Assembly (NCBI GenBank): GCA_016699265.1
Contig: CP064967.1
Location: forward strand, 510,001 to 542,000
Length of the DNA: 32,000 nucleotides
Origin: Candidatus Saccharimonadota bacterium
GTDB lineage: Bacteria; Patescibacteriota; Microgenomatia; UBA1406; GWC2-37-13
Direction: 5' to 3'
Below, piece after piece: positions 1-7,390 of the stretch (within the stretch, counting starts at the first letter, position 1; every line of letters begins with the position of its first letter). Under the pieces are notes generated by a model. The model did not search any database. It was not told the origin of the DNA and saw only the letters and a list, made by a program, of their open reading frames with translations. The translations under genes were made by a program, and so were the position numbers.

Positions 1-29
1 TCATCGAGCATTACTGGTGTATGTGTCAT
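1..29 (-). CDS. rsmH: 16S rRNA m4C1402 methyltransferase RsmH, first 9 codons only (runs off the left edge)
   Basis: The reverse complement of 1-29 reads ATG ACA CAT ACA CCA GTA ATG CTC GAT GA, giving MTHTPVMLD. This matches the conserved H-x-P-V-(L/M)-L-x-E start of RsmH. It lies directly downstream of mraZ, as in the conserved mraZ-rsmH pair. Confidence 0.5.
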
Positions 30-30
30 G

Positions 31-65
31 ATCTTATTTCTTAGTTCTTAATTCTTAGTTCTAGT
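31..65. repeat. Heptanucleotide tandem array ATCTTAT TTCTTAG TTCTTAA TTCTTAG TTCTAGT
   Basis: Read directly. It fills the mraZ-rsmH spacer. One more TTCTTAG lies at 72-78 inside the last mraZ codons. Confidence 0.8.
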
Positions 66-67
66 CA

Positions 68-454
68 TTAATTCTTAGATTTCTCTACCCATTTCTCTTC
101 GTCCCAGAACTCAAAGTGATCTCCTACTCCTATAATCACAACCTTCTTACTCAAACCTGCAAACTCAAGCAAGTTCTTCGGAATCACGAATCTTCCCTGC
201 TCATCAATCTCAAGACTGCTCGCTGATGAAAAAACAAATCTTCTTTTATCTAAATTTTCTTGCTCGAGTAGGGAAACCTGCAACAACTCATTTGCCCGAT
301 CTTCCCAGTCTTGTTTGTCGAATCCGGCAAGACATTTGTCGAATCCTTTTGTTACAATAAAACTGTTTCCTTTTAAAAGTTCTCTGATTTTTTTTGGTAA
401 AACAATTCTTCCAAGTCCAGTAAACGATACTTGAAATTCACCAATAAAAACCAT
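68..454 (-). CDS. mraZ: Transcriptional regulator MraZ
   Basis: 128 aa with two SpoVT/AbrB-type repeats carrying the MraZ signature (GRIVLPKKIRELL and DEQGRFVIPKNLLEFAGL). It is followed by the rsmH start. Confidence 0.85.
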   Translation of the reverse strand: MVFIGEFQVSFTGLGRIVLPKKIRELLKGNSFIVTKGFDKCLAGFDKQDWEDRANELLQVSLLEQENLDKRRFVFSSASSLEIDEQGRFVIPKNLLEFAGLSKKVVIIGVGDHFEFWDEEKWVEKSKN

Positions 455-474
455 ATATAACCATTTTGAACCAT
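449..474 (-). promoter_or_regulatory. Three direct ATGGTT repeats at exact 10-bp spacing (candidate MraZ operator)
   Basis: The minus strand reads aaaATGGTTc aaaATGGTTa tatATGGTTt (plus-strand AACCAT at 449-454, 459-464 and 469-474). The proximal copy contains the mraZ ATG. The layout resembles the three TGGGN-N5 repeats bound by E. coli MraZ. Confidence 0.4.
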
Positions 475-491
475 TTTAAGTTAGTTGTCAA
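463..491 (-). promoter_or_regulatory. Putative mraZ promoter TTGACA-17-CAAAAT
   Basis: On the minus strand, TTGACA lies at 491-486, followed by a 17-nt spacer and CAAAAT at 468-463. The mraZ ATG starts 8 nt after the -10 box, so the leader would be very short or absent. Confidence 0.35.
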
Positions 492-503
492 GCGTATAAA
501 TGT

Positions 504-2132
504 ATGAATCGGCTCTTCACAGGAACCAAAAACCTTTTCTTAAGTAAACAGCGAACGATCATTTCTTCAACCCTGATAGTAGCAACCACGATCATCCTCT
601 CAAGTCTCTTTGGATTCATGAGATACCGCGTATTAGCGGGCTATTTTAGTAAGGAGGAACTTGACATCTTCTTTGCCTCTTTCAGAATACCAGATATAGT
701 ATTTGAACTTTTGATTTCTGGGGCATTAACAACCTCGTTTGTCCCTATTTTCATCAAATACCAAAAGGACAAAAAGGAGCTCGATGTCAATATCTCGTCC
801 ATTATAAATATCACGACCTTAATTCTTTTTTTACTCATTCTAGTTCTGTTTTTTACAGCTGACTGGATAATTCCACTCATAACGCCAGGCTTTACGGGAG
901 CTAAGATTCAAAGTGTAATTTACTACTCCAAAATCCTCCTTCTAGGACAACTTCCGTTTCTTGTCCTGAGCAATGTTCTGACAGGTCTAGGTCAAGCGAA
1001 CAAGACCTTTATAATCTCGTCGATCGCACCAATCGCTTATAACATAATTATCATCATTGCAACCATCGCCTTTTCAACCCAGTTTCATCTTCTTGCTCCG
1101 GTGGTAGGTGTAGTTGCGGGCTCAGCCGTTATGTTCTTGATGCAAATTCCCCTTTTTTACTCTTCACACTTCACCTATCAAAGAATAGTGAAGTTTACTA
1201 AGGGACTGAGAGAGTTCTATCGATTGGTAGTTCCTAGACTCGTAACCGTTCTTGCAGCTCAGATTGACGCAACGATCGACCTTACCCTAACGACTCTTAT
1301 GCAACCTGGGTCATACACAGTATTTTATCTTGCTCAGAGACTTCAACTATTACCTGTCTCTATAATTGGAATATCGTTTGGACAGGCATCCTTGCCATAT
1401 ATTACTGAGGTATATCAGGAGAAGAAAATCGAAGAATTTAGAAAAATAATTACCGAGTCCATACTAAGCCTGTTGTTTCTTACAATACCTATGGCAAGCT
1501 TTTTCATCATAGCGCGAACTCCGCTAGTTCGTATGTTTTTTGGAGGGGATAAGTTCGACTGGAATGCTACTGTACAAACAGCCATTACACTTTCATACTT
1601 TGCTCTAGCAATTCCTCTCCACTCTCTCTACTATTTTTTAACACGTTGTTTCTATGCATTTTTGGACAGTAAGACACCTTTTTACGCGAGCGTGTTTTCG
1701 ATCGGAATTAACATCTTACTCAGCTTAAGCTTTATTTTTATTTTCCATCTACCCGTTTGGGCATTGGCCATTGCCTTTACCGTTTCCATAACTGTCAATG
1801 TTTGGATTCTGCTATATAAACTTGCAAAAAGAATTCAGGGATTCGAGTATCGAGTACTAATCCACGAACTCCTTAAAATATTTTTTGTAACGTTCTTGGC
1901 CGCTTTCTTCTCCTACTGGCTAATGAAAATCCTTGACGGGCTAGTCCTCGATACGACTCGTACAATAAACGTTATTTTTCTTCTTGCGATTGTAGGAGTT
2001 ACATTCATTTCACTGTATTTTTTTCTCGCATGGAGCTTTGGAATCAAAGAGTCTGCAATGATCGTGAATTTTATTCAAAAAGCAAAACATTATAAAAAAC
2101 GAGTTATCGAAATTTATGCTAACGTAGAGTAA
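504..2132 (+). CDS. murJ: Lipid II flippase MurJ (MviN family)
   Basis: 542 aa polytopic membrane protein with a MurJ-like N-terminal region (RVLAGYFSKEELDIFFASFRIPDIVFELLISGALTTSFVPIF). It sits in a cell-wall gene neighbourhood. Confidence 0.85.
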   Translation: MNRLFTGTKNLFLSKQRTIISSTLIVATTIILSSLFGFMRYRVLAGYFSKEELDIFFASFRIPDIVFELLISGALTTSFVPIFIKYQKDKKELDVNISSIINITTLILFLLILVLFFTADWIIPLITPGFTGAKIQSVIYYSKILLLGQLPFLVLSNVLTGLGQANKTFIISSIAPIAYNIIIIIATIAFSTQFHLLAPVVGVVAGSAVMFLMQIPLFYSSHFTYQRIVKFTKGLREFYRLVVPRLVTVLAAQIDATIDLTLTTLMQPGSYTVFYLAQRLQLLPVSIIGISFGQASLPYITEVYQEKKIEEFRKIITESILSLLFLTIPMASFFIIARTPLVRMFFGGDKFDWNATVQTAITLSYFALAIPLHSLYYFLTRCFYAFLDSKTPFYASVFSIGINILLSLSFIFIFHLPVWALAIAFTVSITVNVWILLYKLAKRIQGFEYRVLIHELLKIFFVTFLAAFFSYWLMKILDGLVLDTTRTINVIFLLAIVGVTFISLYFFLAWSFGIKESAMIVNFIQKAKHYKKRVIEIYANVE

Positions 2133-3391
2133 TGAACGACAACACTAATCAGATAACGGCAATAAAGACTATTCAGAAAAAACTTGTAGGAAAAAAGCTG
2201 ACCTACAAGGAAATCTATACCCTGATGGATGAGATCGCCCACCACCGTCTAAGTGACGTTCTTACCGCATACTTTGTCGCCTCTTCTTTTAAGGAAGGGT
2301 TTTCGCCCGACGAACTTTACTACTTTACAAAGGCCATGGTTGAGACTGGTACGCATCTGAAGTTTGATGGAATAGTTGCTGATAAACACTCAACCGGAGG
2401 AATAGCTGGGACGCGGACCTCAATGATCATAGTACCCATCATTGCTGCTGCAGGATTTAAGATTCCAAAAACATCTTCACGAGCAATAACTTCACCGGCT
2501 GGAACGGCTGATGTGATGGAGGTTCTTGCACCTGTCACATTCAACCCAGCTCATCTAAAGCGAATTGTAGAAAAAATAGGTGGGTGCGTAGTTTGGGGTG
2601 GAAAGCTTGGGCTGGCTCCAGCCGATGATGTAATTATTGACGTGGAAGAGGAACTTTCGTTTGAGTCTTTTGACAAAGTCATTATCTCAATAATGGCAAA
2701 AAAAGTAGCTGTTGGCGCAAATCACCTTATACTCGATATTCCTGTTGGAAAGACTATGAAAATTCGTCACTATCCCGATGCTGAGAAAATTGCAGATAAA
2801 TTCAAAGCTCTTGGGAAACGGTTTGGCATTGAAGTAACCACAGATGTGAATGAGTCTCTACAACCATTTGGAAATGGAGTTGGGCCGATGCTCGAAGCAC
2901 GTGATGTTTTATATGTCTTAGAACAAAATAAAAACCGTCCGATCGGACTTGAGGCAAAAGCATTAAGACTTGCGGGACGTTTACTAGATAGTTGTTACAA
3001 AACAGCTAAGGTCCAAAAAAACGGTGAAGACGAAGCCCGACTTCTATTACAGTCTGGAAAAGCATTGTCTAAGTTTAGGGAAATTGTAAAGGAACAGGGA
3101 GGAGATTCTGACGTCACCTCGGGCACACTCAAGTTCACCGATCACAAACATGAGGTAAAAGCCGGAAAAAGAGGTAAAATTAAGGCAATTGAGAACTATA
3201 ATCTCAATACGGTAGCCCGAATTTTAGGAGCACCACATGATATTCAATCAGGAATATATATGCACAAGAAAATCGACCAACATATTGACGCAAGTGAAGT
3301 TATTATGACCCTTTATGCTAAAGATTTACACAGACTCAAGGAGGCAGTTGTTACGTTAGAGTCATTTCCAATCTATGAAATCGAAAAATAA
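2132..3391 (+). CDS. Thymidine phosphorylase family protein, archaeal AMP-phosphorylase-like
   Basis: 419 aa carrying DKHSTGGIAGTRTS and IPKTSSRAITSPAGTADVMEVLA...VWGGKLGLAPADD. I recognise these as the AMP phosphorylase (DeoA-type) variant of the family rather than the bacterial GRGLGHTGGT type. The start overlaps the murJ stop (taATG). Confidence 0.75.
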   Translation: MNDNTNQITAIKTIQKKLVGKKLTYKEIYTLMDEIAHHRLSDVLTAYFVASSFKEGFSPDELYYFTKAMVETGTHLKFDGIVADKHSTGGIAGTRTSMIIVPIIAAAGFKIPKTSSRAITSPAGTADVMEVLAPVTFNPAHLKRIVEKIGGCVVWGGKLGLAPADDVIIDVEEELSFESFDKVIISIMAKKVAVGANHLILDIPVGKTMKIRHYPDAEKIADKFKALGKRFGIEVTTDVNESLQPFGNGVGPMLEARDVLYVLEQNKNRPIGLEAKALRLAGRLLDSCYKTAKVQKNGEDEARLLLQSGKALSKFREIVKEQGGDSDVTSGTLKFTDHKHEVKAGKRGKIKAIENYNLNTVARILGAPHDIQSGIYMHKKIDQHIDASEVIMTLYAKDLHRLKEAVVTLESFPIYEIEK

Positions 3392-4346
3392 AAGTCTCAT
3401 AATAAGCACCGTCTTAATTTTATTCCTCCTTGCTGGGTTTGGCTATTATGCCGAAGGTTCACTTCCCGTAGATAAAAATGACACCCAGAATCGATTGTTC
3501 GTCATTGAACAAGGTCAGGGTCTAAACGCAATTGCCCAGGATCTTGAGAAAGAAGGATTCATTCGAAATAAAATAGTTTTTATTTTAGTGGTTAAACAAC
3601 TTGGCATTGAGAAAAATATTCAGGCTGGAGACTATCGTCTGCAAAGATCACTTTCCTCTACTGAACTCGCTAAAAGTTTGACAAAAGGCAGTCTTGACCA
3701 ATGGTTTACCATTATTGAAGGATTAAGAAAAGAAGAGATTGCAGACTTAGTAACTGAGAAGCTTGGCATTCCATCTGCAGACTTCCTTGCGGTTGCGCAA
3801 GAAGGCTATCTCTTTCCAGATACATATTTAATTCCGAAAGAGGCCACTTCGGAGACAGTAATCTCAATTATGAAAAATAATTTTAATACGAAATTTACTA
3901 CCGAGATGAAGGCAAAAGCCATTAAGATAGGGCTTACAGAAAATGAAGTTGTTATTCTTGCGTCATTACTAGAAAGAGAAGCGTTGTATGATGCAGACCG
4001 TGGTGAAATTGCAAATATTATGATGAGACGCTTTAAAGAAAAATATCCTCTAGAGATTGACGCATCTGTTCAGTACGCATTGGGGTATCAACCTGAAGAG
4101 AAGCGTTGGTGGAAAAAATATGTAACACTTGAGGATTTGAAAATTAAGTCTCCTTTTAACACATATGTAAATACAGGATTACCTCCGACTCCCATCTGTA
4201 ATCCGAGCAAAGCATCTTTAGATGCAATCGTTAATGCAACTCCCGATACCAAATATTTCTTCTATCTGCATGACTCAACTGGTCGCACTCACTACGCTCG
4301 TAACCTTACCGAGCATCAGAGAAATATCGATAAGTACCTCAAATAA
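3375..4346 (+). CDS. mltG: Endolytic murein transglycosylase MltG (YceG family)
   Basis: 323 aa with an N-terminal TM anchor and YceG-like motifs (IEGLRKEEIA, YLFPDTYLIP, ILASLLEREA, NTYVNTGLPPTPICNPS). Confidence 0.85.
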   Translation: MKSKNKSLIISTVLILFLLAGFGYYAEGSLPVDKNDTQNRLFVIEQGQGLNAIAQDLEKEGFIRNKIVFILVVKQLGIEKNIQAGDYRLQRSLSSTELAKSLTKGSLDQWFTIIEGLRKEEIADLVTEKLGIPSADFLAVAQEGYLFPDTYLIPKEATSETVISIMKNNFNTKFTTEMKAKAIKIGLTENEVVILASLLEREALYDADRGEIANIMMRRFKEKYPLEIDASVQYALGYQPEEKRWWKKYVTLEDLKIKSPFNTYVNTGLPPTPICNPSKASLDAIVNATPDTKYFFYLHDSTGRTHYARNLTEHQRNIDKYLK

Positions 4347-4355
4347 TATCTACAT

Positions 4356-4376
4356 AGTTCTTAGTTCTTAGTTCTA
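4356..4376. repeat. Heptanucleotide tandem array AGTTCTT AGTTCTT AGTTCTA
   Basis: Read directly. It begins 10 nt after the mltG stop codon. On the plus strand it has the same TTCTTAG-type unit as the array at 31-65. Confidence 0.8.
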
Positions 4377-4406
4377 ATATTTAAAATACTATATAACAAA
4401 AACATA

Positions 4407-4430
4407 CTTCAATTATTTAAATAATTGAAG
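4407..4430 (-). terminator. 24-nt perfect palindrome, likely intrinsic terminator for ftsK (possibly bidirectional)
   Basis: CTTCAATTATTT/AAATAATTGAAG is a perfect inverted repeat lying between the convergent mltG and ftsK genes. On the minus strand it is followed by TATGTTTTTGTT. There is no T-run on the plus strand, and the stem is AT-rich. Confidence 0.45.
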
Positions 4431-4520
4431 CGCCTATAGTAGCTCGATAGTTAGCCGTATCAAGTGAGAAATATATCTATAGTAAGTGTGTCGAAAAGGA
4501 TTTATGAAGTTATGAGGCTA

Positions 4521-6692
4521 TTATTCGGAATGTTGTACTTCTTCTGTGTTAACCGCACCGCGTCGGAGAATTTCACGTGGTTTGGAACCTTCTGCAACGC
4601 CCACATATCCCGCTTCTTGAAGTTCGTCAAGAATTCGTGCTGCACGAGCATACCCGACTTTGAGCTTACGCTGAAGCAGAGAGGCTGACGCCTTGTCGCT
4701 CTGATTAACGAGATCGAGCGCTTGGTTGAAATATGGGTCTAGATTCGAGCTACCGCCACCTACTGTCGGTAGTCCACCAGATTTGTACGTATCTGTCGGC
4801 TCGGTAACCTCAGTGGTATAGTTAACTACTGGGTTTTGATTTCTCAAAAAGGAAACTAGCTCATGAACCTCACTTTCAGTAACATAAGGCCCTTGAATAC
4901 GACGTGGTTTCGCCTGATCAGGAGGAAGGTATAGCATGTCTCCCTTTCCAAGAAGTTTCTCTGCGCCTGGAGTATCTATAACAACACGTGAATCAACAAG
5001 AGACGATACATTAAAGGCAACACGCGTTGGAATATTTGCCTTCATAAGTCCTGTAATAACATCGACAGATGGTCGCTGTGTTGCCAAGACTAAATGGATA
5101 CCTACGGCACGAGCCATCTGAGCTATTTTGGTAATAAGATCCTCTGCTTCTCCTCGAGCATGCATCATTAATGTAGCTAGTTCATCAATTATAAAAATAA
5201 TATAAGGCTTTTTCTCTATGTTGGGAATTACATTATATGATTCGAGATTTTTTGCATGAACTTTGGCAAGAATTTCGTATCTTGTCTGCATCTCTCCTAC
5301 AGTCCATTTGAGCGCGTTGATAATTTTATCAGGATCAACTATGACCTCCTGAAGTAGATGAGGAATTCCATTGTAAATTGAGAGCTCAACTTGTTTAGGA
5401 TCTACCATTATAAGACGTACTTCCTCAGGTTTAGTTCTGAAAAGTAAAGTCGAGATCCAAGCATTTAACATCACTGACTTACCTGAACCAGTGGTACCCG
5501 CAATGAGCGCATGAGGCATCTTCCCTAAACTGGCTGCCTGTGGAGCTCCCGATACATCGAGACCTAAAGGAACCAATAATGGGTCTGGATTATTTTTGAA
5601 AACAGGGTCATTTAATAATCTTTTCAAGGTAACAATCTCCGCGCGATTATTAGGAATCTCAATACCAACTAATGACCTGCCTGGAATCGGAGCCTCTATA
5701 CGAACCTGCCCTGTTGGCGCAGCCAAAGCTAGCGCTAGATCGCTGGACAGTGCGGTTATCTTTGCCAACTTAGTTCCTTGAGTAATCTGCAGAGCGTACT
5801 GAGTGACAGAAGGACCACCATTTACCTCATCGACTCTTGCTCTGATACCAAAACTTCCAAGAGTATCCTCAATAGTCTGCGCGTACTGCTTAGTATCGCC
5901 TCTATCTGCACCTTGTTGAGAAACATCACGAAGTAAACTCATCGGAGGATATACCCATGTTTGATTATTTACATTCATCGGTCGTACGGTAAATTCCTTA
6001 TTTGCCATTTCTGTCATTACAGCATTAGCCTTATTTTTCTGATTCTGGTTCATATTCTGCTTACCAAACAATGTAGGTATCGAAATCTTCGGTGCGGATA
6101 TATTTTTTATAAACATATCTTTTTGAGGTTCTTCTTTTTCTTTGCCGATCTTCTTATCTTTCTTCGGGTTTAGCAATTCTCTCAATAGATGATTTTTTAT
6201 GAATGATACCAGTCCTTTGCCGATGGAAATAAGAAAGATAATGAAGGCATCAAGCGAAGTGTCCAGAAGAAGAACTAACCCAATAAGAAAAGTAGCAAAA
6301 AGAATAATAAAGGTTCCTAGAGCTGAAAAATCTCCCGTCAAACTATCGGTAATAAAGACTCCCCATTCGCCTGATCTAGATGCTCCGAGGAGAGTAGTGA
6401 AAACAAGAACAAGACCAATAGAAACATTCGCTTTGATTAGTTTTACTTTTCGTGAGTTGAAAAAATGCGTACCAAGTGCGAAGAGAACAAAAGGCGACAA
6501 AAGTCCCAGAATTCCAATTTTTCCAACTACCCATTCGTGAATCAACTCAAGATACTGACCGCCTTGATCAACTGGTAGCAGGTTACTAAAAAATGAAAGT
6601 AAAATTGCTAGACCGGCGAATATAAAAAATAAACCGAACATACTGCCTACCGATTTATTGCCTACCTTGAAGAGTTTTTTTCTGCGCCCCAT
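4521..6692 (-). CDS. ftsK: DNA translocase FtsK
   Basis: 723 aa with N-terminal TM helices, Walker A GTTGSGKS, the motor domain, and a C-terminal gamma winged-helix (ASASLLQRKLKVGYARAARILDELQEAGYVG). Confidence 0.9.
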   Translation of the reverse strand: MGRRKKLFKVGNKSVGSMFGLFFIFAGLAILLSFFSNLLPVDQGGQYLELIHEWVVGKIGILGLLSPFVLFALGTHFFNSRKVKLIKANVSIGLVLVFTTLLGASRSGEWGVFITDSLTGDFSALGTFIILFATFLIGLVLLLDTSLDAFIIFLISIGKGLVSFIKNHLLRELLNPKKDKKIGKEKEEPQKDMFIKNISAPKISIPTLFGKQNMNQNQKNKANAVMTEMANKEFTVRPMNVNNQTWVYPPMSLLRDVSQQGADRGDTKQYAQTIEDTLGSFGIRARVDEVNGGPSVTQYALQITQGTKLAKITALSSDLALALAAPTGQVRIEAPIPGRSLVGIEIPNNRAEIVTLKRLLNDPVFKNNPDPLLVPLGLDVSGAPQAASLGKMPHALIAGTTGSGKSVMLNAWISTLLFRTKPEEVRLIMVDPKQVELSIYNGIPHLLQEVIVDPDKIINALKWTVGEMQTRYEILAKVHAKNLESYNVIPNIEKKPYIIFIIDELATLMMHARGEAEDLITKIAQMARAVGIHLVLATQRPSVDVITGLMKANIPTRVAFNVSSLVDSRVVIDTPGAEKLLGKGDMLYLPPDQAKPRRIQGPYVTESEVHELVSFLRNQNPVVNYTTEVTEPTDTYKSGGLPTVGGGSSNLDPYFNQALDLVNQSDKASASLLQRKLKVGYARAARILDELQEAGYVGVAEGSKPREILRRGAVNTEEVQHSE

Positions 6693-6738
6693 ATAGCTTT
6701 CATTGTATACTGCTAGTCACAAAAAGTGCAATCAATGT

Positions 6739-7338
6739 TCAGTCCTCTTCTCTTATTGCTCGCTCTCGGTCATATGCATAAAGACTGGGAATATAGACGT
6801 CCGCAATTCCACTTAGGTACGCCATATCAAATCGCGGAGACACCTCTCCAGATCTATCTATGTAAAACTCTCTCATCGCATTGGTTAGATTATGAAGTTG
6901 ATCATCGGTTCCGATAAGAAGATTACGAAGCCGATCGGACAATATCTCAAGCTCTTCCGGAGGTAACAAAAACCAATCTTCTGGAATGACCATATCATGA
7001 AGGGGCCAGTATTTTCGCAGGTCTTGATCGATGACTTTTGGACCTTTAGACCTATGAGACCTGAACTGAGCTGCAAGACAGTCATAAGCCGCAGTGAGTC
7101 CAATTGTATACCAAGTCTTCAGATTTCCACTTATTAGCGATTCGTAACTATTATTAAGCGAAAGCTCAAGCGCCTCGCTATGAGTTATTAAACTGTATAC
7201 ATCCTGTAAGTGACCTTTTAACTTGTCGTAGCGCTCTCGATACATGTATCGTATAGCGCCTCGGGAAGATGTTGCGACATTTGGAGATACAGGAAAAAGT
7301 TGATTACTCGGTCTCCTCTCAGATCTTTCGGTAGACAT
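6739..7338 (-). CDS. Hypothetical protein (199 aa, no family recognised)
   Basis: Long ORF that fills the gap between pnp and ftsK. It has its own near-consensus promoter placed 6 nt upstream of the ATG. It looks soluble and helical, and I recognise no motif in it. Confidence 0.6.
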   Translation of the reverse strand: MSTERSERRPSNQLFPVSPNVATSSRGAIRYMYRERYDKLKGHLQDVYSLITHSEALELSLNNSYESLISGNLKTWYTIGLTAAYDCLAAQFRSHRSKGPKVIDQDLRKYWPLHDMVIPEDWFLLPPEELEILSDRLRNLLIGTDDQLHNLTNAMREFYIDRSGEVSPRFDMAYLSGIADVYIPSLYAYDRERAIREED

Positions 7339-7344
7339 GTCCGA

Positions 7345-7373
7345 ATTATATCATATACTATAAGTCATTTCAA
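7345..7373 (-). promoter_or_regulatory. Promoter TTGAAA-17-TATAAT with the ATG 6 nt after the -10 box (leaderless geometry)
   Basis: The minus strand reads TTGAAA (7373-7368), tgacttatagtatatga (17 nt), TATAAT (7350-7345), tcggac, then ATG (7338). Confidence 0.55.
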
Positions 7374-7390
7374 AGAAGATTGGGTAGAGA

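Noticed and set aside
641-880. Antisense ORFs inside well-supported genes. Examples are 641-880, 2320-2544, 4936-5121, 5596-5781, 5961-6173, 6199-6540, 8094-8862, 13186-13524, 14354-14563, 15284-15508, 20341-20769, 23627-23941 and 25446-26205.
   Set aside because: Each lies entirely within, and opposite to, a long ORF with clear family motifs. Their translations are low-complexity or Ser/Arg/Leu-rich shadow-frame products. I saw no independent start signals for them.
4464-4688. A 74-aa plus-strand ORF starting in the mltG-ftsK spacer.
   Set aside because: It has a GTG start with no signals. Two-thirds of it is antisense to the conserved FtsK gamma domain, and the product is Cys/Phe-rich nonsense.
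6739-7338. A HEPN-type nuclease or toxin assignment for the orphan 199-aa protein, based on an R-x6-H spacing.
   Set aside because: A single short spacing match occurs by chance in many proteins. No adjacent antitoxin-like partner or second motif supports the assignment.
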